Positions 40,524-52,770 of a stretch of DNA of 64,000 nt are shown piece after piece (the first letter of the stretch is position 1; every line of letters begins with the position of its first letter). The notes beneath the pieces were generated by a model, which was given only the letters and a program-made list of their open reading frames with translations, had not been told where the DNA came from and ran no database searches. This stretch comes from Neoconidiobolus thromboides FSU 785 (lineage: Eukaryota; Fungi; Entomophthoromycota), in assembly GCA_025603075.1 (NCBI GenBank), contig MU626277.1, forward strand, positions 65,680-129,679, in the 5' to 3' direction. A program made the translations under genes and the position numbers.

Positions 40524-41529
40524 GTGTTTTTATTTTAGCTGATTTGAAAAAATTAATATTAAAATAGAAATGATTTAAATTTAATTTTGGATTTTAATGG
40601 TTTTATTTAATATTTTAAAGGTTATTGAATTAGTTTATTTATTTATTTTTGATACTACAATAATTATAAAGATTAATAATTATATATATTATTCATTATT
40701 CGTATTTTCATTTAAATATTCATAAATCCAAAAGTAATTTTACAAGATTTTATTATATCAAATTAGTATTAAAGAGTTTACTTACTTAACTACCTATTAT
40801 ATAATTAATTATATTTTGCTATACGTTAAAAACAAAAAAAAGGATTATAATAGTATAAAAGGATAGTAGAGTTTTAATATAAATTACTAAAATTAATTTA
40901 ATATTGTTATTTTATCAGTTACTTACTGTTTTTATATTATATTGATTAACCCTTTATTACAATATTAATTATTTATCAATTTGATATCTCATTAGTCATT
41001 TATTAATATATTAGTACATCAGTTGCTTATAGCAATTATGCAAAGTAAACTAATATAAAAAGTCATGTTTATTAGTCTAAAAACTTTATCTTTTATTTTT
41101 TATTTTTAACTTATTTTACTAATTTATCATCTTTGGTATTAAATACGACTCAAATCGAGTTGATTTATATTCCTATATTATAATATAGTTACAATCATTC
41201 AAAATATTAACAAACAATAACAAACTCATAATATGACTATAGATAAAAGTACTGATTAAGTTTTCCATTTGACTTTGCTAAACAGTGAGGCTTTCACTTT
41301 AAGTGTCTCTGACAAGAATTTTAATATTTGTAAAACATCACTTCAATGTGCAATTAGAATGTATCTGTTGGGTGTTGATTTCTTAGAAGGTGAAATACAT
41401 AGTAAAAAAGCTGAAGTATATCCTTGAGAGAATTTTATCGAATTAATAGTTGAAAAATTTAAATATCGGTGAATGTTGTATTCAAGGATTGTAGTATGCT
41501 AGAGATTGGATCCAGAAATGAAGAGGATA

Positions 41530-41890
41530 GAAAATCAGTATCAAATCAATAATAGGAAGTTATGGATATAAAAGCCCCAATATTTAAAGGACGAGATAAT
41601 TCAGAAATTATTATGCGTTTAACTTTGTTAAATATTGTGTGTGAGTTTATTGATAGAGTTAAAGGAAAAATTAACTCAAGTCTAGCATTTATGGAAAAGT
41701 TATTTTATGTAACCATTTATTAAAAACTTATTATAGTAACTTTTGTACCAGATGACGCTTCATCATTTAATAATTTACTAATATCAACTAAATTTTTACT
41801 CAATAAAATTCCCCCCCTTCCGATTATTTATAAATATATGAGAGTTAAAGCTATATATTTTCATTGTAGAAGTTCCAACCATGTAAGTAG
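41530..41890 (+). pseudogene. Decayed gag-like/zinc-knuckle relic (paralog B)
   Basis: 41562-41723 encodes MDIKAPIFKGRDNSEIIMRLTLLNIVCEFI...FMEKLFYVTIY*. It continues in frame as KLIIVTFVPDDASSFNNLLISTKF and later YFHCRSSNH. Homologous to 24211-24694. Confidence 0.5.
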
Positions 41891-42058
41891 TCTTTTGAAA
41901 TTTATAAAAAAGTTAAATAAAGAGCGTTTTATTTTATACATTAGTTTATAATTAAAAGTTTTCAAATATTTTTAATATGTTATTGGTTTTAAATTTTATA
42001 TAAGCAAACTTATCAAATATCCTATATACCTTATACTTTACACAAAGATAGTTCATTT

Positions 42059-42156
42059 GGGGATGTATTTTTTTGTTTAAGAATTTTACTACAACCTTTC
42101 CACTCAAATAGTGCTTAAAAAAATGGAAAAATAATGAAACCAAAAAAAACAGCCCC
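42059..42156 (-). mobile_element. MITE family copy 9
   Basis: GGGGATGT...ACAGCCCC termini, ATTT/ATTT direct-repeat flanks. Confidence 0.85.
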
Positions 42157-42935
42157 ATTTGCTAAAGATAGCAAAATTTGCATTTTAAAAATTGTGATTT
42201 TTAGATGAAATAAATTCCTATCAAAAACAATACTATGGAATTAGAATAGCTATAGCTAACTTATAAAAGACTAGTTGATTTTAAAGTATTTTTAAATTGA
42301 TATTCTATACTACTTTTAATTAAAAGCATCACTAGTTTTAATGCTGTTGAGTTTAGGGCTAGTTTCACTGTTAGTTAAGTGCAAGGTTTTGATTCCTAAA
42401 ATTAGAGTTCTATTATAGTCATTATACTTTGACAGATCTATTTCATCATTTCTATAATGAATATGTCATTTTGTTTCATTTTTCTGTCCATTTTCTATTC
42501 AATATTAATTTCGTCCGATTTGCTAATAAAGTTCTTAAAAAATGTCCGCAGAAATATTTTATATATTATCAATGTCTAAAAATTAAAGTTGCACAATAAA
42601 ATATATACAAGGTTTATTAATATTCTTAATAAAAATGTTATAAAATGGTATTAAATTACTATTTTAGTAAGATTAAAATTTTAGATAAAAATTTTACCAT
42701 GTAGTTAGGCCGCTTATTATAAAAATCAACTTACAAAGTTTGGAATCAAAAGTGAATGATGATTTTATTTGATTTGAAACAGGCATAATCCAATCAAACG
42801 TAATTTTAACCATAATAAAACTGGGTTGAGTGATGTTATTTTTAACTGGTGATGTCATGCTTCGGTAACTTCAAAGGACATATAAAAATCAAACAAACAT
42901 AATTTTATTTCTTTTTTATTATAAAATTATTTAAA

Positions 42936-43427
42936 ATGTCACAAAAATTAGGTCGTAGTCATCCTCAATTACAATGGGTAAGAGCCAGTAATGGTATTGT
43001 ACCACCCAATGCTGTTCAAGGTGGATCTGAAAATGATGGTAGACCATTATTTATTGCACGTACCATGTACAAAGGTTCTTTGATCCCAGGTAAAACCGCT
43101 CCTCATTTAGAAGGTTGTTTAATCTCCTTTGGTGGTAAAGAGGTACTTGAAAAGGAATATGAAGTTTTAGTTGGTGATGCTCGTACGCTCCAATGGAAGG
43201 AGTGTTATGGTCGCTTGCAAGTTCAAGGTTTTACACCATTAGAAGCTGGTCATGAAGGTGATGGTCTTGAGCTCTTCATTGCTAAAACACGCTTACAAAG
43301 TGGAGAAGTACTTGGTAAAGTTTCAATTAATATGTCCAATGGTATGGCCTTTGGTTATGGTGCTAAAGAGTTATTTGTTAAGGATACTGATGTTTATTAC
43401 GTTTTGACCATTCCAAATAACTATTAA
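42936..43427 (+). CDS. DM9-repeat (DUF3421) protein, two repeats, intronless, 163 aa
   Basis: QWVRASNGIVPPNAVQGG.E.DGRPLFIAR...LIPGK...GGKE...EYEVL, and a second repeat W...G..PLEAGHEGDGLELFIAK. Confidence 0.85.
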   Translation: MSQKLGRSHPQLQWVRASNGIVPPNAVQGGSENDGRPLFIARTMYKGSLIPGKTAPHLEGCLISFGGKEVLEKEYEVLVGDARTLQWKECYGRLQVQGFTPLEAGHEGDGLELFIAKTRLQSGEVLGKVSINMSNGMAFGYGAKELFVKDTDVYYVLTIPNNY

Positions 43428-44012
43428 TCCTTTCTATTATTAAATTATAACTTTATAGTAAATTGTTATTTAGATTTTGTAGCTTAATTTATTTTATAGA
43501 ATTAGAATTATTTTCAGGGTAAATAAAGGTAATAAAGTTTAATTTAATAAGCAGTTCAATAATACTAGACTAAAACTTGCCTGGTAAGCTTCTTCAATAA
43601 TATACTATTATCCTTTGAGCTTCGCTATAGCTGTTTGTTATAGGATTAATTTGTTTTATTAGATGTTTATATCATAGTTTAATATCATCACAGTTTATTG
43701 GATTTAATAAAGTAATTCGTATCTGTAAAAGAATCATAATAACTATCAAGTATATAAAGTTAATAAACCCTATACATAAAATATACAAAATTCAGTACCA
43801 TGCTAGTTTAAATTTAATATATTTGAGCGATTCTTAAAGTTGCACTATTGTATTTTAAAATTATATCATCTATAATTCATTTGACTCCAAGCTCTTTAAC
43901 CTTGCTATAATAATAAAATACAATTTATTTATATTTGCATTTGATTTTAATTTTTATATTATATACTTTATATTCATATAAGTAATAATACTGTTAACTA
44001 TTAAAATAATAT

Positions 44013-44111
44013 GGGGATGCATTTTTGTATTTAGGAATTTTACTAACAATTTTTCCACTCAAATAGCGCTTAAAAGATGGAAAAAGTAGTGAAGCCAAAA
44101 AAAACACCCCC
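44013..44111 (-). mobile_element. MITE family copy 10
   Basis: GGGGATGC...ACACCCCC termini, ATAT/ATAA flanks, near-consensus core. Confidence 0.85.
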
Positions 44112-44168
44112 ATAACTATCTGCGTAAATGTGAATTTTTGTTCTTAAAATGATTTTTAATTTCGCAAA

Positions 44169-45444
44169 ATGAATGTTTTTGACTTTAAAAAAATATTAAA
44201 AGATATATGGATACCAAAGAAAATGGACGTGAAGAATTTTACAAACAATATAAACTTAGCGTTCAAGGTAAATATAATAGGCAATATGATCAAATTTATA
44301 ACTTTATTATTTAGAGATAGAAGATTTACTCAATAGTCTTGAAGCGATAAATAAAAATGAGATAGAGAAAATTAATGAATCAATTTTATTAAAGATTCAA
44401 TCTTTACAAGAATTAACTCAAAATTATTTCCCATTTTTACCATCTTATGAACAAAAAAGTTATCAAGAGGTAAATCAATTAATCATTTTTCAAAATTTAA
44501 ATATAATTAATAGGATTTAAAAAGGTTGAAGGATAGAATAACTCAACTAAGAAACAGTTTAACCCCAAAACCAAAGTTTGGTTTTAGAAAACGAGAGTTA
44601 TTAAAAAACAACACAGAAATGAAAGTGAATTCCGAACCAAAAGTAATAAAAGAAAAGAGTAAAGAAGAAGTTAGCATAGAGCCTAGAATTGGATTCAAAG
44701 GAAGTAAGTTTAAAATTGTATATCAAGACCAAAATTAAAACCAATTTTTTAAAGACACTTTTGAGATAAAAAATATGAAAAAGCGAATTATTACTATTGA
44801 TAAAGTGGAAGATTTAACAAAAGAGAGCAGTACAAGCGTTAATATATCAGAAATCGAAAACTCAGTGATAGATTTGATTAATAAACAAACAAAAATAGCT
44901 ACTTTATATTTAAAAGAAATTAAGGATAGCATTATTTTATTACCACCTGTTTTGAACTCCATTTTGATTCAAAACTGTTTTAATTGTATCATTTATGTGG
45001 CTTCTCAGCAGGTAATCAATATTATGGGAAATAGTTTGTTTTTAACACTTTGTTAGTATCGTATGCATGGCTCTAAAAATTGTCAAGTCTTTCTATCAGC
45101 CAATTCTAATCCTATTATAGAAGATTGTACTGATATTAGGTTTGGTAAATATTTAATTGAGTTTGAGAATGAAAATGAAGAAGAACTATTTAAAGTGAGT
45201 ATGTTATCTCTTGTTGAAATTTTTTATTAATTTTTAGCATTATAATATAAACTATAACCCCGAAAACAATTTATATAATAAAGTAGATGACTTCAATTGG
45301 CTAAAACAGACTGCTTCGCCAAATTGGGGTTTATTAAAAGATACTAGAATTAATCTAGTAGCTTTACGCTCTATATATCCTGACATAAACCTTAACAAGT
45401 TGTATTCTTTTTTTAACGAATTCACCGCTAAAAGTATAAATTGA
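44169..45444 (+). CDS. TBCC: Tubulin-folding cofactor C (TBCC); multi-exon
   Basis: KPKFGFRK linker, SILIQNCFNCIIYVASQQ/YRMHGSKNC, SANSNPIIEDC and VDDFNWLKQTASPNW. Confidence 0.85.
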
Positions 45445-45798
45445 GATTTAACTCATAAAATAAATATACTCATAGTTTTGATACTACTATTTTTTAAAAT
45501 TGTTTGTATTGTTATAATTATATATGGTCAACAGGAGCTTTTATTTATTAATAATAAACGTTGTATAATCAAATAGTATCACTGAATTTAAATATTTATG
45601 AACTTTTTACAGTATAATATACAATATTACGATAACATAGTAGTCAAAATAAGTTTTGCTTCACCTTCCAATTTATGCTACAATAAGAATAACTCATTCC
45701 ATAAAAGGCAAATACTAAACAATCTGCACTTGAAAGCAAAAAAGTTTTCAGTTCTTTGATTTTAAACAAAAAAGTAGCTCCTTCCTTTTATTTTCACC

Positions 45799-47279
45799 AT
45801 GACAAACAAAAATCTTTTAGGTTTCGAAAATTTTGAAAATTCAGATATTTGTTTGTATCCTGGCCAGACTATTGGTGATAAAAAGGAGGGTATATGCTTT
45901 ATGATCATTCAACATATTGGGATTGTAAACTATTTTTTACTTTTTTTATTGAATTCCAATTAACTTTTTTTATTAGGGCACAATATCGAAGTGCTATTCA
46001 GCTATTGATCTGGTTACAGGAAACAAAATATGTCTAAAAGTTTATGATAAACAAGACATTAATAAACATTATATTTCTAGAGTAAGTTCTTGATTTGAAA
46101 CTTAGTTACTTATTCACAATTCTATAGTTAGAAAACGAAATAATGATACAAAAAAAACTAAATAATAGTACGATCGTGAATCTATATGGTCATTTTGAAG
46201 ATGCCAACTCAATCTATTTAGTATTGGAATTATGTGAAAATCAAACGTTAAGAGATTACTTGGAGCTATACACCTTAAATGAAGACCAAATAAGAGTTAT
46301 ATTATATCAAATCAGTAATGCTTTAAGGCACTGTCATAGTAAAGGAGTTATTTATAGAGATCTCAAAGCGGATCATGTCTTCTTAGATCACAATTTCAAC
46401 TGCAAACTGGGCGATTTTTCTGAAGCAATACTTGTTACCAATGGTAGTAGAGAATAGTAATAAATATTAGAAACAAAATATTATAATTTAACATTATTAG
46501 CTCCACTGTTGGTAATTACCATTATATTGCACCCGAAGTAGTGGACAATCTCATAGGATATGATTACAAAGCAGATTCTTGGTCATTTGGTGTATTAGCT
46601 TTTTATCTTTTTACTAATACTTATCCGTTCGACAATGATGAGACAGATTTACATATTAGGTAATGATTTATATTTAAATAAAATTTATACTTACAAATAA
46701 TTAGACGAATTATTATTGAGGATTATATAGTACCAAATAATAAGGCCATTTACAGTGATGCCAAACATGTCATTCAAGGCCTCTTAAAGAGAGAGCCTGG
46801 TAATTATTTTTAGCCTCTGAATTTTATAGGTAACTAATGTTGTTTAGCTGACCGATTTTCATTGAGCGAAGCGCTAAAGTGCGCATTCTTTAGCAAATAT
46901 GAAAAACAACTTGATGAACTGAAAAATGGGATGAGCCCACTTAGTAATTTGCAAAAGAAAAAGAGAAAGAGTAAGAGAATAACTGGTAAAATTTTTATTA
47001 TTAAACTTTCATTTAGAAAAGAATAATGAAGATGGATTTGAGCCTGTATTGCCAAGAACTGACGCTATTAATAAGTTAAATGAGTAAGTTTTTATATAAG
47101 CAAAAGACATGCATGATGGTAACAAATTAAATTTTAGGCGTTCAGTTTTTGATTTAAGTCAAGATACTAAGGAGGGTTTAGCTAGAGACTACTCAGTAAT
47201 ACAAACTACACCCAAACAAAAACTGTTAAAGAAATTCAAGTCTTTAGCAGAATTTATTTATGTTAAAGATAAAAAATAA
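45799..47279 (+). CDS. Divergent Ser/Thr protein kinase (PLK/Aurora-like domain, no polo box recognised); multi-exon
   Basis: GIGTISKCY, ICLKVY, ENEIMIQ, YLVLELC, YRDLKADH, GDFSEA, YIAPE and DSWSFG. Confidence 0.8.
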
Positions 47280-47878
47280 GTATCTTTTAAATTATATTAA
47301 TTATTATAGCAGTAAAAAAATTTAATAAAATTGGCTAAAGTTAGAGCTAATCATTTTTTAATAGTTATTAAATTTGAAATAGTCAAAAGTAGTTCTATTT
47401 TTTTAAAACCGTACATTTTTTTTGTCAAATTAGTAAATTTTAGAGTTATTTTCCAAATTTAGAAATGAGAACTGAAATTCAAACGTTTGAATTTTTATTT
47501 CACAAATTACAATTAGGCCTAAACTCTATTTATAAATAGTATTATCATAGCCCAACTAGAAACTATTTTTATCATATTAATGGTCTAATTTTACTGTTAA
47601 AAGCTAATATTATTCATTATGATTTAATTAAATTTCAATAATGTATTGTATTGAATGAATTTTTAATTAGGACTTCAACTAGAAAATTAATAAGTTTGAA
47701 CTTTTGTATTAAAAAAAACAAGTTTGGAATAAACACGACAATTTGAAAATAAAGATTACAAAAGTTTGATACGTATCGAGATTGATTGAGAAGAAACGAA
47801 CTTGTAAAAAAGATAAGATTATAAAAACAATGAAATAATATGACACTTTTATTCATCTCTATTTATTTATAATTCTTC

Positions 47879-48994
47879 ATGCTGTATTTCATCTCAATTC
47901 TATTATTTTCAACTATATATTCTACAGGCTTAATTAACAATGCCGAAACATTAACTGGGATGGCAAGGTATGCTCAAAACATAACTACAGGTAATTCTTC
48001 TTCTTCTGTTTTTATCATTCAACTAACCCGTTCTATAGAAAAAGGAAACTGTAACTTTGAAAATGGAAGTTATCGTAGACTTGCAGCAGTAGGTCCCAAA
48101 CTGTTTGCGGACTCTATAGCATGTGGGTTATGTATAGGAGCAAGTACAAGCAAAGGTAGTATAGTAGCTGGGGTAGTCGATTTATGTTTAGGATGTGATC
48201 CATATGACATATTGTTAGATAAGGAAAGTTTTCTTGAGTTAGGGGATCTTTCATTGGGGGCAATAAAGGTCAATTGGAAACCACAACCTTGTAGAGCACA
48301 AGGTTCTTTAAGATATATTTTTATTAAAGGATCAACACCATGGTGGTTTTCAATAGGTATACGTAACTCAGCTGCACCTGTTAAAAAGATGGAGTTGTTA
48401 GTCGATGGTAACTGGCAACAGGTCAAAAAGGAATACTATAATTATTTTACTATGAGTTTACCAGGACCAGGACCTTATACCTTTAGACTAACATCGATGT
48501 TTGATGAAACTTTGGTAGAGGAAATGGTGCCTCTTTTAAATGGTACTTCTTATAAAGGAAAAGTTCAGTTTTCTACTAGACAAGGTAGTCAACTACCTGC
48601 AGGAATATTTCCAAAAAATCAAACTGATACTAAATTAGATAAACAAAGCGATGTAACTAAAGGCTCAATTAATATTGAAGTAGATCAAAGCAACAATAGG
48701 GACTTAACTTTATCTGCAAGCTCAGAAAATTCAGAAAATTCTAGCGAGCTTGAGTCGACTTATGATATGGAAAGTACTGAAAACAGTGGGTTGAGCTTTG
48801 GTAAAGCTATTGAAAGTATCAATGATCTAAACAAAAAATTAACTGAAAATGAAGCTAGTAATATAAGTGAAGTAAGTGATACTGACTCTCAAGAAACTTT
48901 TAACAATCAAGACGAAAATAGAAGTGTTTTATCAGCTCCCATTAATATTAACCAAGAAAGTGAAATTACCTCTGAAGGAGATTTAAAAGGATAG
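47879..48994 (+). CDS. Secreted expansin-like protein (DPBB + CBM63-like) with Ser/Glu/Asn-rich tail, intronless
   Basis: Signal peptide MLYFISILLFSTIYS, CGLCI...VVDLCLGC (DPBB-like), and PWWFSIGIRNSAAPVKKMEL..DGNWQQVKKEYYNYF resembling the EXLX1 domain 2. Confidence 0.85.
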   Translation: MLYFISILLFSTIYSTGLINNAETLTGMARYAQNITTGNSSSSVFIIQLTRSIEKGNCNFENGSYRRLAAVGPKLFADSIACGLCIGASTSKGSIVAGVVDLCLGCDPYDILLDKESFLELGDLSLGAIKVNWKPQPCRAQGSLRYIFIKGSTPWWFSIGIRNSAAPVKKMELLVDGNWQQVKKEYYNYFTMSLPGPGPYTFRLTSMFDETLVEEMVPLLNGTSYKGKVQFSTRQGSQLPAGIFPKNQTDTKLDKQSDVTKGSINIEVDQSNNRDLTLSASSENSENSSELESTYDMESTENSGLSFGKAIESINDLNKKLTENEASNISEVSDTDSQETFNNQDENRSVLSAPININQESEITSEGDLKG

Positions 48995-49077
48995 TATAAG
49001 TAATACGATAACATGAATCATAGAATGTTAAATAGTAATTATTTGAACTAATTTGTTAACTATTTTTATTTTAAAGA

Positions 49078-50877
49078 TTATTCTATTATACTTTTTAATA
49101 GCTGCCTTTTAACCCTTCTAAACTTTATTATATCTATTTCATATTTGCTTAATAAATCATCCAGAAACAAATTACACCATTTTTTAAATTTTACTTCTGG
49201 ATCATCATACAACAAATGAAAGCTCTTATGTATCTCATTAATTAAACTAGAATTATATATATTGATTTCTGTATTTAGTAAATCAATGATTAATTTTTCA
49301 AAGTGTTGATAACTCCCCATTCTTCTATACATTTTAAATCCAATAACAAATGTCTGATCATTAACTTTATGCTGCTCCAATAAATAATTATATACTTCAT
49401 TGAAATGACTTAAAGATCCGAGCTGTACGTAATAATTTAAAACTCTGTTCCCAGCAACAGTTATGTTTTCGGTTAGTTTCGAGTATTCATTAAATAAATC
49501 CTTAATTTTATCACCATCCATTCCATTTTTGCAGCCTGCAAGGATATTGAGCAAAATAACATCTTTATCTTTTGGCAATCTAGTAAAGTCATTGGAGTTT
49601 AAAAGAGCAAAAAAACTATCATTTCTGCCTTTAGTTAAATAAAAATTAAGTAGAGTTTTATTGAATACTTTATCATGTGAGATATTCAACTTCAATATAC
49701 TTTCTAACTTATCCTCATTATATTGTATTAATTTCATATACTTTACCATCATTGTAAGTGTACGAATATCTAAATTTTGTGCGGGGTTTTCCATTACTTT
49801 ATCATAAAATTTCCAAAACAATTCTTCGCTATCTTTAGTGACTAGCAGTTGGTTTAAATATATATTATTTGCTACTATCGAAGGTTGTTGGTTCATTTCA
49901 TTTAAATATAACATTTCCAATTCTTTTCCCATCCCCAAATTATTGTATATCTTCATTAAATAAACCTTAGTTGGCTGATCAAATTCTATTTGACTATTCA
50001 TTGACCATGCAAGTAAGCTTTTGATTTCTTGACTTTTAACTAATGACTTTACTAACTCATTGTTAGTTAGAACTGAAAAACTTCTTAAAATAGCCTTAAA
50101 GGTGAAATTTGATGGAACTAGTTCTGAATTTTTATAATCTGTTATAGTTTTTCTCAAATGCTTCAATTTGTTTATTTGAAGATTTGAAGTAGAGTTGTCA
50201 TAAGAATGTGCGTAAAACAATAGACTATAGAGTGAATCATTGACTGGAATTCGATTATCTATTAATTGCTGATAAAAAATATAAACTAGTTTAAAGTGAT
50301 CTTCTTTTTTATCCAAAGATAATGTTCTAATAAGTAGCCAAACTAATCGCATGCTCTTCAATGGTAAACTAGCTAACCGAGCTAATTCTTTACTAATTTC
50401 AACTAATTTTTTATCCTTTTTATACTTTACCAATAATAGACACCCATTTATAAACATTTCATGATTTAACAACTTATTTATTATTTCCAATTCAATATCC
50501 CTTTTAATTTCATATGTATTGATCAAGCTACTTAAACTTATCTCGCTTTCGCCATCTTTACCACGTCTCAGAGTTTGCAAAATAAAATCACTAATATTAT
50601 CTACATTTTTTGTTTCACTAACGTTCTTCAGCTCTGTAATTAAATTTAGTAGTTCCATTTCTTTCTCTCCCAACTTTGGGTTACTACTTTCTAACCAAAA
50701 TAACATGGGATTATACTCTTCCTCGATCGAACTCACACTATATTTCTCTTTTATAGTCTTTTCTCTTTGTTTTGGTATCATTAGTTTCATGTTTGTTGTG
50801 CTCCCATATTTCTTCGATATAAATAATAATTGTTGAGTTATTTTTGTCTTATGGCTATTTAACTTTTTGACTAGCAT
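49078..50877 (-). CDS. Helical-repeat protein, probably a mitochondrial PPR-like protein; intronless, 599 aa
   Basis: Basic N-terminus and repeated PPR-like motifs (PVNDSLYSLL, PSNFTFKAILR, PSIVANNIYLNQL, LDIRTLTMMV, VNDQTFVIGF). Confidence 0.5.
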   Translation of the reverse strand: MLVKKLNSHKTKITQQLLFISKKYGSTTNMKLMIPKQREKTIKEKYSVSSIEEEYNPMLFWLESSNPKLGEKEMELLNLITELKNVSETKNVDNISDFILQTLRRGKDGESEISLSSLINTYEIKRDIELEIINKLLNHEMFINGCLLLVKYKKDKKLVEISKELARLASLPLKSMRLVWLLIRTLSLDKKEDHFKLVYIFYQQLIDNRIPVNDSLYSLLFYAHSYDNSTSNLQINKLKHLRKTITDYKNSELVPSNFTFKAILRSFSVLTNNELVKSLVKSQEIKSLLAWSMNSQIEFDQPTKVYLMKIYNNLGMGKELEMLYLNEMNQQPSIVANNIYLNQLLVTKDSEELFWKFYDKVMENPAQNLDIRTLTMMVKYMKLIQYNEDKLESILKLNISHDKVFNKTLLNFYLTKGRNDSFFALLNSNDFTRLPKDKDVILLNILAGCKNGMDGDKIKDLFNEYSKLTENITVAGNRVLNYYVQLGSLSHFNEVYNYLLEQHKVNDQTFVIGFKMYRRMGSYQHFEKLIIDLLNTEINIYNSSLINEIHKSFHLLYDDPEVKFKKWCNLFLDDLLSKYEIDIIKFRRVKRQLLKSIIE

Positions 50878-51308
50878 TGCTATATGAAATTGAATTAATA
50901 ATTTTGAATTTTGGATTTTATTTTTCGAAATTATTGTTATGCAATAAAATATATTTTTTGCAGGTCAATTTTGAAATAAATGGTGATGATAAGAGTATTT
51001 AAAATAATATATCAAAAAAATCAAAGTATTTAAAGTAAATTAATTGATATTGTTTTAGTATTAAAAACATCATTACTGAAAGCTTCATTTTGTATATACC
51101 ATTTGTTTATCAATATTAAAAAAGCTTAAAGCTAAACTATAAAATTTTCATAATGAATTTACTTTTTTAGCAAAATTAATATGAAAAACCAATCAACTAG
51201 GCCGGAATAGCTTTCTAATTGGCTAATATTTACTTATAGTTGTTTACGTATGCTATCTCTTTCATATAACTTAGTCTCAAGCAATTTTTTAATTATTTTT
51301 TAAACAAA

Positions 51309-52681
<1,373 letters not shown>

Positions 52682-52770
52682 ATCAGAAAGTATTCTTTTT
52701 AACAACATTAAATTTAAAATAATCGGAAAAAACATTTTTATTTTATTTGACATTTATTTATATTTACTTA

